Positions 8,050 to 17,344 of a DNA stretch of 20,000 nt are shown here, piece by piece. Position numbers and translations under genes: made by a program. Each line of letters opens with the position of its first letter. The stretch's first letter is position 1. Under the pieces are notes generated by a model. That model was not told the DNA's origin and ran no database searches. It saw only the letters and a program-made list of their open reading frames with translations. The stretch lies in the sequence record SRR20825006_960; one strand, written 5' to 3'.

Positions 8050-8583
8050 TTACTGACCAACCACCACTTTGGCGAAACGAATCACTTTGTCATTTAGGTA
8101 GTATCCCTTTTCAATAGCTTCTACTACTTTACCTCTCAGTTTTTTCGATGGTGCTGGGATATTCGCAATAGCCTCGTGGATTTCACTGTCAAAATCCTTT
8201 CCATTTGAATCCATTGCCTTCAATCCTTTTTGCTCTAGTGAACTTTTGAATTTATTGAAAATCAGCAAGAACCCTTCTTTTACACTTTTTAGGTCCTCAG
8301 CATTTTCATTATTCGCAATTGCTCGTTCAAAATCGTCGATTACGGGAATCATGTCCTTTAAAACGCCCGCATTTGCAGTGCTGATGATATCTATTTTCTC
8401 TTTATTCGTTCTTTTACGGTAATTGTCAAACTCCGCGTGAATGCGCAAGTATTTGTTATTCAACTCTGCATAACGCTCTTCCCAAGTTGGTTCTTGGTGT
8501 GTCTCTTCAACGGCTTCTTGGGTATTCTCCGTTTCATTTGTTGTCGCTTCTTGCTCCTTAATCTCTTCTTTTTCTTCAGACAT
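8050..8583 (-). CDS. grpE: Nucleotide exchange factor GrpE
   Basis: LRIHAEFDNYRKRT, DDFERA, FDSEIHEAI, KGYYLNDKVIRFAKVVVG; acidic N-terminus; adjacent to dnaJ. Confidence 0.97.
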   Translation of the reverse strand: MSEEKEEIKEQEATTNETENTQEAVEETHQEPTWEERYAELNNKYLRIHAEFDNYRKRTNKEKIDIISTANAGVLKDMIPVIDDFERAIANNENAEDLKSVKEGFLLIFNKFKSSLEQKGLKAMDSNGKDFDSEIHEAIANIPAPSKKLRGKVVEAIEKGYYLNDKVIRFAKVVVGQ

Positions 8584-8610
8584 AACACTCGTTTTTTAAC
8601 TGCATTTGAG

Positions 8611-8654
8611 TTGGCAAAGATACTGCCAATCTTACAAATCAAGACAGAGTGTCA
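8611..8654 (-). promoter_or_regulatory. grpE-dnaJ promoter: perfect -7 box TATCTTTG (8615-8622) inside inverted repeat TTGGCA-N7-TGCCAA (8611-8629), plus upstream GACA-N3-TGTC palindrome (8643-8653)
   Basis: The minus strand reads CTGACACTCTGTCTTGATTTGTAAGATTGGCAGTATCTTTGCCAA...ATG. Confidence 0.65.
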
Positions 8655-8829
8655 GTGAATGACTAGAATAGGATGTAAAGTTGACATAAGGCGATCGGTC
8701 TAAAAGACATAAACGGACGAAATGTTCGGGTAAATTATCAATTTCAATCAAAGAGTATGCAGCGTTTTCACATTCAACCGTATCATTACTAAATGTAAGA
8801 TACACTTTACACAGTTGTTTCCCCAAAAA

Positions 8830-8837
8830 TATATTCG
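8830..8837 (+). promoter_or_regulatory. Putative -7 promoter box (TATATTCG) for the 8895 gene
   Basis: One mismatch to TAnnTTTG. An alternative near-match, TTAATTTG, lies at 8863-8870. Confidence 0.35.
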
Positions 8838-8894
8838 CCTAGAAATACATTAAACTTTCTACTTAATTTGACTTGAAATTTAAACTATACCATT

Positions 8895-10739
8895 ATGATA
8901 AAAACACCTTTTTCAGCACCATTATTCGCTATTTTTTGTTCAACCATTTCGATTGCCCAACAATCACCAAATGAGATCAAGAACATTGAAGAATACTCTT
9001 CTCACGCCATTACTGGAGACGAGTTTATAGGATTCCCTGCAGTTTATCCTCAACCATTAATGCACTATGCAAAGTCAGTTAATGAAACGGTGATTGGAGA
9101 AACTGTCTTCGATTTACAAACCAATGCTAGTGTACAAAACAGAAATCTTGATTTTGAAGATGGTACTTATGGTGCTGCTTTTATTCTTGGAAACACCTCT
9201 CCCAGTTTTACTGATCGAGGAACAGGATATAACTATTACTCTGCGTCTGCCTGGAATCCAAATCCTACCTCTCGCATTGAAACTGCTAGAGCGGGAGCTC
9301 CATCGTTGATCCATACGGCGGGCGGAACAGAAGCAGTTGTATGTCACGTAGCAGGTGGAACGGGAGCATTAAGAATCAACCGAAGAAATCCTAAAGGAAC
9401 GGGGACTTGGACAGAGTCTCTAATCCCAAATAATACTGGAAAAACACTTTTATGGCCGCGAGCAACTTCAGGTGGAGCGAATGGAAATACCATTCATTGT
9501 ATTGCAATTACAGCTCCCGAATTTAATGGCGGAACTCTTCATCAGGGTGTTGACGGAGCATTATTATATTATCGCTCAACAGACGAAGGTGCAACTTGGG
9601 ATATTGTTGATTATTTGGATGCAGCTTTAAATTCTTCCAATTTCTTACGAACACGCGCCGACAGTTACTCGATTTTTTCTAGAGGAGATGATGTGGCAAT
9701 CGCGGTATTCAATCAAATGGCGGATGTTATCATTCTTAAATCATCTGATAATGGACTAACATGGACTTCACAAATCGTTAACGACTTCCCTGTTGATTTA
9801 TATCAAGTAGATCAATGGATCGACCTAAATAATGACCAAGTTGCTGATACATTGGAAACTTCTGATGAATCTGGTGCGCTTCTCATCGACCATTCAGGAA
9901 TGGTTCACCTTACATTTGGCAGAATGCTTGTTCGTGATGCCAATTTAACAGATAATCAATGGACTTTTTTCCCGCAAACTCCTGAATTACTTTATTGGAA
10001 CGAAAGCATGGGAACTGGAAACTTTGTGATTCTTGCGACTCCTGAAGATTTCAACAACAATGGATTGGTTGATGATATTGGCGATATCGGACGTTACAAA
10101 ACGAGCTTATGCAGTCAATCTTCTATAGGAATTAATGACGACGGAACTTTATTTGTCACTTATTCTGGGCACCGAGAAGATCGATTCACAAACACACAAA
10201 ACTATCGTCATATCTACGCAATGAAATCAAATGATGGTGGAAATAACTGGACGCAACCTATTGATTTAACTCCAGACTCACAACTCGCAGGTTATGAAGG
10301 TGTGTATCCAGACATTACACCAAAAGTAAACGACCGGATTCGACTTACTTATATGCGCGATTTAGAACCTGGTTTAGCGGTAACTGGTGAAGATCCTTTT
10401 ACTGTAAATCAGATTATATACTTGGACGTTGATACGATGTTGACTGCTCAAGCTGGAATAAATGAATCGATTGCACTTGATTTATCTGTGAATCTTTTCC
10501 CAAATCCAACGTCTCTTGAAAACGTGACTTTGAGCATTCAAAATACATCAAACAGCAAAGTGAAGATTAGCCTTGTAGATTTGAAAGGAAGCCAACTCCG
10601 CGTTATTCACAATGGAAAACTGGCAGCAGGAGAGCATTCATTTACTATTCAAACGAATGATCTGAAATCTGGAACTTACTTGGTGAAGATTTCGACTGAT
10701 CGCGGGACGATGAGTAAGGAATTGATGGTAATAAAGTAA
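8895..10739 (+). CDS. T9SS type-A sorting domain secreted protein with BNR/Asp-box repeats (sialidase-like beta-propeller, function unknown)
   Basis: Signal peptide ending SIA|Q; three Asp-boxes RSTDEGATW, KSSDNGLTW and KSNDGGNNW; CTD LFPNPT...LKSGTYLVKI...KELMVIK. Confidence 0.85.
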   Translation: MIKTPFSAPLFAIFCSTISIAQQSPNEIKNIEEYSSHAITGDEFIGFPAVYPQPLMHYAKSVNETVIGETVFDLQTNASVQNRNLDFEDGTYGAAFILGNTSPSFTDRGTGYNYYSASAWNPNPTSRIETARAGAPSLIHTAGGTEAVVCHVAGGTGALRINRRNPKGTGTWTESLIPNNTGKTLLWPRATSGGANGNTIHCIAITAPEFNGGTLHQGVDGALLYYRSTDEGATWDIVDYLDAALNSSNFLRTRADSYSIFSRGDDVAIAVFNQMADVIILKSSDNGLTWTSQIVNDFPVDLYQVDQWIDLNNDQVADTLETSDESGALLIDHSGMVHLTFGRMLVRDANLTDNQWTFFPQTPELLYWNESMGTGNFVILATPEDFNNNGLVDDIGDIGRYKTSLCSQSSIGINDDGTLFVTYSGHREDRFTNTQNYRHIYAMKSNDGGNNWTQPIDLTPDSQLAGYEGVYPDITPKVNDRIRLTYMRDLEPGLAVTGEDPFTVNQIIYLDVDTMLTAQAGINESIALDLSVNLFPNPTSLENVTLSIQNTSNSKVKISLVDLKGSQLRVIHNGKLAAGEHSFTIQTNDLKSGTYLVKISTDRGTMSKELMVIK

Positions 10740-10749
10740 CTAATTGATC

Positions 10750-10795
10750 AAAAAAAAGGAAAGGGTTCGTCAGCAGTTGACGAACCCTTTCTTAT
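10750..10795. terminator. Bidirectional Rho-independent terminator between convergent genes
   Basis: Perfect 14-bp stem GAAAGGGTTCGTCA-gcagt-TGACGAACCCTTTC (10759-10791). An A-tract on the left gives a U-tract for the minus strand, and a weaker T-rich tail lies on the right. Confidence 0.9.
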
Positions 10796-10851
10796 GTCCT
10801 AAATTAAAATCTGACTGAGCAAATGAGTTGTTGATTTTATGAGATTGTTTG

Positions 10852-13800
10852 CTAGTTGAACTTGAGTTCTCTGCCTCGATAATCAAAGTAGAAAAACTCC
10901 CCTTGTTTGATCCCTTGAAGGATTCCCTCGGAAACCTTAGTTAATTTTTGAAACTCGACGGGTAAAATTTCTTTTCCATTTCGATCAAACAATCCAAACA
11001 ATTCCTGCTTTTTTGTCATAAAAACACGCGCACCAACAGGTTTTATCTCTTCAAAAACAGGGAGCGTCTGAGCATTACCTTGCGCATCAATGACAGTCCA
11101 ACCTTGAGAAAAAGCCACCGAAGCAAAGCCATTTTTAAACGGAAATGCTTTCTTAAACTTCCTTCTGAAAGGATTCTCACCATTCAAATCCATGAAATGA
11201 TCGTTTCCATATTCATTCACCAAAATCAGTCCATCTGAATACGTCCCCGAAACCTGTGCTAACTCCCCAATTTGTTTTATTAGGGTATCATTTACTATAA
11301 ATTGACCTTGAGAAGCACGAACGAGCAGCACTCCATTTCCAAGCGTTTTCACTCTTTTGATTTCCAATTCCTCCGCAATTGGATTCCATTCACTATCGAA
11401 CAAATATGAGCGACCATCTGCGGATGAAACAATGGATCCGTACGGGTAAAATTTTACCTCATCCACTTCCATCCCAAGATCGATGCGTTGATCCGATAAA
11501 CACGATTCAACAAAAGCAGATTTTCCTTTAAAAATTACCCAATCGTTATGTAAAATCAATGATTTATCGCTTGAAAACGAACGAAGTTTCTTACCGGTAA
11601 TTGCGGAGTAAATCACCAATTTCTCTTTATTTAGCACTCCCCAGTTTCCGTTCAACTCGTCGACTAAAAACGTTCCTGATTTGATCTTTTTAATGAGTTC
11701 GAACCGTCCTGAAAAGAGCTGTTTTGAATCTCCTAAATCAATGTAAATTTTATCTCCCAGCAACTTAATTTCTTTGCAAATAGGATCTTGAACGACGTTT
11801 CCATTAAAATCAGCAAGTCCAATTCGAGATCCCTTTTTGAAGGAAACGTATGCATCACCAATAATTTCTTCTGGCTCAATTTCCGACTGTGAAAGCAGCG
11901 TTCCATTCGGTGCATAAAGCTCAAAGATTTTTTTATTCTTGGAGTAAAAATATCCTCCTTCTAAAAAGCGAAAAGATCGATCACCCGTCGCTATCGAAGA
12001 ATACGTTTGGTCAATCAACCATTTTTCTTTAGCGACTTCGATTTGCAACAACTCGTCATTTGCACGTCCAAGTTGCTGAATTTCTAGTCCAAATGGATTG
12101 CCCAAAGAATCCAAATAGCGCGCACCTTGTGGAATATAGCTGACTAAAAAAAGTGTGTCTGAAATCTCAGAAAAACGTCGAATATTTTTGTATTTCGCTG
12201 GGATGACCATTGAATCAAGATTCATCACGCCCCACGCGCCTTCCTTTTCTACAATCGCTACTTCGCGATAAAAAGGTTCAACAAAATCTAACGGTTCAGC
12301 GAGCAATTCGGATCCGTCGGGCGACAAAAAATTCCACTTTCCTTCGATCAATTCCACTTTGGATAATCCTCCACCTTTGGGCGATAGTTGATAATTGATA
12401 AAGAGATGAGGATTCCTATTCAAATCAATGCCTGGCCAACTCACCTCCTTGCGTTTGTCCAAAATATCACTTACACTTTTAAAATTACACACGCGAATAA
12501 ATCGATCATCCGTTGGGTCCATAAAATCATACTTTCGCGTGCTATTATCTCCAAGGATAATTCCCATTCCTGTGTTTGAAATAAATCGGACATATCCGCG
12601 ATTCAGCCCGTCGGTCGTGTCCATCGATACAACAATATCTGTAATTGTTGGACGCCCTGTTTTATTATTGATCAATGAATATGCATTCAACTTAAACTCG
12701 TTGAGTCCTCCGTATTTCATTTCAATTAATCCTTTCGGAAGTAAATTTGTATTTGATCCAGGAACGTATTTCGGTTCTTTGAATCGAGGTTCAAGAATTA
12801 CCGATCCGGTATCAGACAATAGTCCCCAATTCCGTTGAGCTCCCATTGCGAATCCTTCTTTATCAAAAATGCTTTTCTCCTCAAAAAACCATCCTTGCGA
12901 GAGCAAGCGCCGATCAAAATCTCCAAGTTTATTCGGTCTTCGCATAACGATAACATCATTCAAAACTAGTTCACTCAAAATCGTATGATGATCGTCTAGT
13001 TTGCACACCTTCATTAAATCTCCTGAAAGAGCGCGAACTTCATTCCCAGCCACCTTTATTTCGTCGTAAATACATGGAAATAACATGGCATTCTTCTTTC
13101 GTGAATAGAGTCCTGCGAAAGAAGAAGTAAATACATGGAAAAATTCATTGTCCGAATAGACATAATCGAATGCACAAGGTAAAATCATGCGCCCGAGTGA
13201 ATCCGTTACTCCTTGTCCACCATCTCCTTGAACGAAAAAAAACGGTCCTGATTGATAGACTTGATTGTACTTCGGAGGAAGAATCAACGTACCTCCTTTT
13301 GTGATAATCCCTTGTTTATTATTCTTTAGTGTGAGCCAATAACTTCCAAGATCTTCTAAGTCATCATACGGCGCAGAAAAAAATATCGCCTTCGTTTCAA
13401 GGTCCATAATAAACGTAGTACCTCGACTAGAATATTGAATTTCTTCATCTCTCACACTTACTGAGTTCACGTCGATTGGCAACTGAATCAACCGATCGTT
13501 AAACACCAATTTACTTTCCTTTGAATTTTTGATAAACAAAGAATACTGCGTGAAATATGGAGTTTGCTCATCTAGTAAAACTTCTCTCCCTTTATCATCA
13601 TACAACCTACCAAAAGAATTGGCTTCGTCTGGCATAAACCAAGCATGATTCACTAGAAGAACGGGTCTTCGGCGTTTATCAAAAGGAATGAGCACTTTTG
13701 AATAAATATTAAGCAAGAATGTAGAATCTTTATAGCTGATTCGGTACCAACTTGGTTGCACTAACTCTGCTTCATCCATTTCGATTCCTTCACTGTTTTT

Positions 13801-14115
13801 TAGCGAGAAATCGATGAGCATAGTTCCGAGTTCGGTCTTGCATTGATACAATCCTCCGCCTATTTGCACGATACTTTTGTACTTGGCGGGATAGATTACT
13901 TCACCAAGCGAGTTAATGATCCCATAGCGATCAAATTCTGCAAAATAGGTCAACCCTTTGGTGTCAAAACTACCTAAATCATGATACGTTTTTGGAAGTA
14001 AATTCTTTCCTCCTGGCGATAAAATACTATATGTGCCGTTATTGCTTCCTGGTAGAAATTGACTCCAACCAAACAAGCAGATGAATACTCCACAAATACT
14101 CAAGAAATAGCGCAT
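10852..14115 (-). CDS. Large secreted WG-repeat (WG beta-repeat/KWG-like) protein
   Basis: Signal peptide ending GWS|Q; about 12 recognisable repeats, e.g. YGIINSLGEVIYPAKYKSI, KQGIITKGGTLILPPKYNQV, NWGLLSDTGSVILEPRF, AWGVMNLDSMVIPAKY, LFGLFDRNGKEILPVEF; no T9SS CTD. Confidence 0.85.
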   Translation of the reverse strand: MRYFLSICGVFICLFGWSQFLPGSNNGTYSILSPGGKNLLPKTYHDLGSFDTKGLTYFAEFDRYGIINSLGEVIYPAKYKSIVQIGGGLYQCKTELGTMLIDFSLKNSEGIEMDEAELVQPSWYRISYKDSTFLLNIYSKVLIPFDKRRRPVLLVNHAWFMPDEANSFGRLYDDKGREVLLDEQTPYFTQYSLFIKNSKESKLVFNDRLIQLPIDVNSVSVRDEEIQYSSRGTTFIMDLETKAIFFSAPYDDLEDLGSYWLTLKNNKQGIITKGGTLILPPKYNQVYQSGPFFFVQGDGGQGVTDSLGRMILPCAFDYVYSDNEFFHVFTSSFAGLYSRKKNAMLFPCIYDEIKVAGNEVRALSGDLMKVCKLDDHHTILSELVLNDVIVMRRPNKLGDFDRRLLSQGWFFEEKSIFDKEGFAMGAQRNWGLLSDTGSVILEPRFKEPKYVPGSNTNLLPKGLIEMKYGGLNEFKLNAYSLINNKTGRPTITDIVVSMDTTDGLNRGYVRFISNTGMGIILGDNSTRKYDFMDPTDDRFIRVCNFKSVSDILDKRKEVSWPGIDLNRNPHLFINYQLSPKGGGLSKVELIEGKWNFLSPDGSELLAEPLDFVEPFYREVAIVEKEGAWGVMNLDSMVIPAKYKNIRRFSEISDTLFLVSYIPQGARYLDSLGNPFGLEIQQLGRANDELLQIEVAKEKWLIDQTYSSIATGDRSFRFLEGGYFYSKNKKIFELYAPNGTLLSQSEIEPEEIIGDAYVSFKKGSRIGLADFNGNVVQDPICKEIKLLGDKIYIDLGDSKQLFSGRFELIKKIKSGTFLVDELNGNWGVLNKEKLVIYSAITGKKLRSFSSDKSLILHNDWVIFKGKSAFVESCLSDQRIDLGMEVDEVKFYPYGSIVSSADGRSYLFDSEWNPIAEELEIKRVKTLGNGVLLVRASQGQFIVNDTLIKQIGELAQVSGTYSDGLILVNEYGNDHFMDLNGENPFRRKFKKAFPFKNGFASVAFSQGWTVIDAQGNAQTLPVFEEIKPVGARVFMTKKQELFGLFDRNGKEILPVEFQKLTKVSEGILQGIKQGEFFYFDYRGRELKFN

Positions 14116-14122
14116 AAGCCGA

Positions 14123-15418
14123 TTAGATCAACTCTTCGATGTGGTTCATGATGTCCGCAGAAGACTTTAACTTAATCCCCGTTTCTTTGAACTTAAAATT
14201 GAAAATCGTTCTGTCTTTGGCTGTCTTTGCCTTTGCAAAGCCCGTGTTTGAAACACTTACTAGTTCGTTGCTCGGTAAAATTCCAATGATGCAATTTCTC
14301 TTGCTTGGATCAAACGAAAACTTATCGTCGCCCTGAGCATCATACTTAACAATTGCGTTTTCTTCTGGAGAAACTAAAAACAAGCTTACCAATTTTGGAT
14401 TCACCTTTGTCGGAAAATCGAACTTCGCCATTAATTGTTTACAATTTTCACGTGAATGGATAATGTCCCAGTTATAGGTTCCAAAATTCTCGATTGCGAT
14501 GGTTCGAACCAATTTTCCTTCCGCGAGTTTTGCCTGATAATCGGCGATATCTGCTGTTTCTTCTTTCAGTAATACCGTGTTTTTCTTCGAATCTTGCTTC
14601 GCCATTTGCGTAGTATAAGGAGTCACACTAAAAGACTTTCGTTCTTTTTCTCGTTTACATTCTAGTGTTAACCCAAGTGAATCTGTTTCGATTAAGCGAG
14701 AAAGTGTTTGCGAATCTTCTACGAAGTTCGACTCTTTCTTCGATAATTTTCGATTCGTTTTCCAACCGACAATCTCGTTCGCTTTGATACTCGGAAATTT
14801 TGTAAGGTCTACTTCCGCATCAATAATCGAGTAATTGGCCTTTTCCGACTCTACGGCACTTGACTGTTGCTCTTTTGCTTCTATTGTCTCTCCAGATGCG
14901 GTTGTGAGATATTCCCAATCACCCTTTGTTTCATCCAATGAATAGAAATTATACGATGGCGTTGATTGAATAGAAACAATGCTCACCAAGGCTGTTTTTC
15001 CTTCGGCTAACTCTACTTTCCTATCACTTTGTGTAGCTGAAATGCTGAACATTCCTCCAGAAACAAAATCATTCTGAACCCCTGCAGAATCATACTTCAT
15101 TGGAATTCCAGAAAGCATAATGTCAGCTAAAGAATGAAACTCTTCCCATCGAACATCTACTTTCCCTTTGATTGCGTTACCGTCATCGTCTATAAAAGAG
15201 TTTGCCTGAAAGATAACGTAACCGCCATTTTCAAGCAAAATAGTATCTGCTCGTTCAGCATTAACGCTAAAAGTTCTAGTTTGACTTTCAACTCCTTGTA
15301 TTGGTTGGATGACACTTATCGCATCATTCGACACTTCCATCTCTAGGACAGCGTTTTCGGAGGAATTACACGCAACAAATAAGAGTGCAGTGAACGGGTA
15401 AATTAGTTTCAAATTCAT
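14123..15418 (-). CDS. Lipoprotein of unknown function
   Basis: SPII signal MNLKLIYPFTALLFVA|C followed by a Ser/acidic linker (NSSENAVLE); beta-rich body with SGGMFSISA and FGTYNWD segments; 7-nt gap to the WG-repeat gene. Confidence 0.75.
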   Translation of the reverse strand: MNLKLIYPFTALLFVACNSSENAVLEMEVSNDAISVIQPIQGVESQTRTFSVNAERADTILLENGGYVIFQANSFIDDDGNAIKGKVDVRWEEFHSLADIMLSGIPMKYDSAGVQNDFVSGGMFSISATQSDRKVELAEGKTALVSIVSIQSTPSYNFYSLDETKGDWEYLTTASGETIEAKEQQSSAVESEKANYSIIDAEVDLTKFPSIKANEIVGWKTNRKLSKKESNFVEDSQTLSRLIETDSLGLTLECKREKERKSFSVTPYTTQMAKQDSKKNTVLLKEETADIADYQAKLAEGKLVRTIAIENFGTYNWDIIHSRENCKQLMAKFDFPTKVNPKLVSLFLVSPEENAIVKYDAQGDDKFSFDPSKRNCIIGILPSNELVSVSNTGFAKAKTAKDRTIFNFKFKETGIKLKSSADIMNHIEELI

Positions 15419-15450
15419 AATGAAGGAATTAAGTATTTACTTCATAATGT

Positions 15451-15458
15451 CGAAAATA
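15451..15458 (-). promoter_or_regulatory. Putative -7 promoter box (TATTTTCG) for the lipoprotein/WG-repeat pair
   Basis: One mismatch to TAnnTTTG, 32 nt upstream of ATG 15418. Confidence 0.4.
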
Positions 15459-15509
15459 CGAAAAGGTAACGAGCCGTTGAGCGGTTATTTTTAAAATACG
15501 ACGATCAGC

Positions 15510-16010
15510 CTACTTTAACAATCCATCAAGCGTGATGTGCAGTTTCATTCCTCTAATCTCATTTCCAGAGGCGATAATTGTACCGTCTCCATCAATCAAA
15601 AAAGCGGTTGGAATTGAACTGACACCATATTGTTTAGCGACTGAGCCACCTTCATCAAAACCATGATTTTTCCATTCGAGCGCATCTACTCCGATGGCTT
15701 CTATCCACTTTGCCTTGTCTCTATCAAGCGAGACAGACAAAATCTCGAACCCTTTTCCTTTGGTGAATTTTTGCTTCTTATATTTGTTATATGCCTCTAC
15801 GACATTTGGGTTCTCTTTTCTACAAGGGCCGCACCAAGATGCCCAGAAATCAATCAAAACTACCTTTCCTTTGAGTTTAGACAATTTGATTTTCTTTCCT
15901 TCAGGATTTAGAAGTTCAATATCTGGTGCTTTTTCTCCTTTTTGTGGTGGTCCAGCTCTAAAGCCCATCGACAGCAGGCTAAGTCCAATAAATGCAATAA
16001 GTAATTTCAT
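15510..16010 (-). CDS. TlpA-family thiol-disulfide oxidoreductase (exported)
   Basis: N-terminal signal/hydrophobic segment, KAPDIEL, KVVLIDFWASWCGPCRKENP, and YGVSSIPTAFLID (cis-Pro). Confidence 0.92.
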   Translation of the reverse strand: MKLLIAFIGLSLLSMGFRAGPPQKGEKAPDIELLNPEGKKIKLSKLKGKVVLIDFWASWCGPCRKENPNVVEAYNKYKKQKFTKGKGFEILSVSLDRDKAKWIEAIGVDALEWKNHGFDEGGSVAKQYGVSSIPTAFLIDGDGTIIASGNEIRGMKLHITLDGLLK

Positions 16011-17317
16011 TATCCTATTCTTCTAATGTCAGCGCCGAGATTATTCAATCGAATATCTATGTCTTGATAACCACGGTCAATTTGTTCAATATTATGAATT
16101 GTACTTTTTCCTTTTGCTGAAAGCGCGGCGATCAACAACGAAACTCCTGCACGAATGTCTGGCGAGGTCATTTGAATTCCGCGTAAGTCATACTTTCTAT
16201 CCAATCCAATAACGGTAGCTCGGTGCGGATCACACAAAATGATTTGCGCTCCCATATCGATTAGTTTATCGGTAAAGAATAAACGTGATTCAAACATTTT
16301 CTGGTGTACCAAAACACTTCCTTTTGCCTGCGTAGCAACCACGAGAATGATTGAAAGCAAATCGGGTGTAAATCCAGGCCACGGAGCATCTGCGATTGTC
16401 ATGATTGAACCATCAATGAATGTTTCGATTTCGTACGACTCCTGAGCAGGGATAAAAATATCATCTCCACGTCTCTCCAATTTAATACCCAGACGACCGA
16501 AAATGGTTGGAATAATTCCTAGATTTTCCCAGCTAACATCTTTGATCGTAATTTCGGATTGCGTCATTGCTGCCAATCCAATAAAAGAACCAATTTCAAT
16601 CATATCAGGAAGGATTCTATGATAGCATCCTTTGAGTTCTTTCACGCCCTTAATTTTGAGCATGTTCGATCCAATTCCTTCAATTTTTGCCCCCATCGAG
16701 TTCAGCATTTTTGAAAGTTGCTGAATATATGGTTCGCACGCTGCGTTGTAAATGGTTGTTTCACCTTCCGCTCGCACTGCAGCCATTAGAATGTTTGCGG
16801 TTCCTGTAACAGAAGCTTCGTCTAAGTGAATGTATGTTCCTTTTAATTTTTTTCCTTCGATTGCGTAAAAATGCTCTCCTGCATCATAGTTAAATGTTGC
16901 TCCAAGCATTTGCATTCCCACAAAGTGAGTATCTAATCTTCTTCTTCCAATTTTATCTCCACCAGGTTTTGGAAGATATCCAACTCCGTAGCGTGCCAAA
17001 AGAGGGCCGACAATCATCACAGATCCGCGCAAAGAACTTGCCCGTGTTTTAAAATCTTCCGTTTTGAGGTAATCTAGATTTACATCTTTTGCCTGAAAAA
17101 TATAGGTTCCTTTCTCGACTTTTTCAATCTTCACGCCCATTGCCTGTAGAAGGCCGATCAACTTATTGACATCTACGATATCAGGAATATTTGAAATCGT
17201 CACCTTTTCTGCCGTAAGCAATGGAGCACACAATACTTGTAGCGCTTCATTTTTTGCTCCTTGCGGAATTAGTTCTCCTTTTAGTTGTTTCCCTCCGTGA
17301 ATTTCAAAAGATGCCAT
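16010..17317 (-). CDS. murA: UDP-N-acetylglucosamine 1-carboxyvinyltransferase
   Basis: GAKNEAL, LRGSVMIVGPLLAR, PGGDKIGRRRLDTH, SVTGTANI, PWPGFTPD, FESR, DIRAG and IDRGY. Confidence 0.97.
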   Translation of the reverse strand: MASFEIHGGKQLKGELIPQGAKNEALQVLCAPLLTAEKVTISNIPDIVDVNKLIGLLQAMGVKIEKVEKGTYIFQAKDVNLDYLKTEDFKTRASSLRGSVMIVGPLLARYGVGYLPKPGGDKIGRRRLDTHFVGMQMLGATFNYDAGEHFYAIEGKKLKGTYIHLDEASVTGTANILMAAVRAEGETTIYNAACEPYIQQLSKMLNSMGAKIEGIGSNMLKIKGVKELKGCYHRILPDMIEIGSFIGLAAMTQSEITIKDVSWENLGIIPTIFGRLGIKLERRGDDIFIPAQESYEIETFIDGSIMTIADAPWPGFTPDLLSIILVVATQAKGSVLVHQKMFESRLFFTDKLIDMGAQIILCDPHRATVIGLDRKYDLRGIQMTSPDIRAGVSLLIAALSAKGKSTIHNIEQIDRGYQDIDIRLNNLGADIRRIG

Positions 17318-17344
17318 TTATTTCTAGTTTGATTTCGTTTTCTG

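Noticed and set aside
6913..8583. Absence of dnaK next to grpE-dnaJ
   Set aside because: Separation of dnaK from grpE-dnaJ is usual in Bacteroidota.
8584..8660. CIRCE (HrcA) element upstream of grpE
   Set aside because: No TTAGCACTC-N9-GAGTGCTAA is present. Only partial ACACTC and GAGTGT pieces occur, far apart.
8683..8811. GACATAA direct repeat (8683, 8706) and TGTAA-N8-TTACA dyad (8794-8811)
   Set aside because: These are short AT-rich matches that are plausible by chance, and they match no motif I can name with confidence.
8632..8826. 64-aa minus-strand ORF upstream of grpE
   Set aside because: It overlaps promoter elements of both divergent genes and has no recognisable features.
15449..15470. 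ECF-sigma-like promoter (GTTAC...CGAC) upstream of the lipoprotein
   Set aside because: The spacing is short, and the sequence is equally explained by the overlapping -7 box TATTTTCG.
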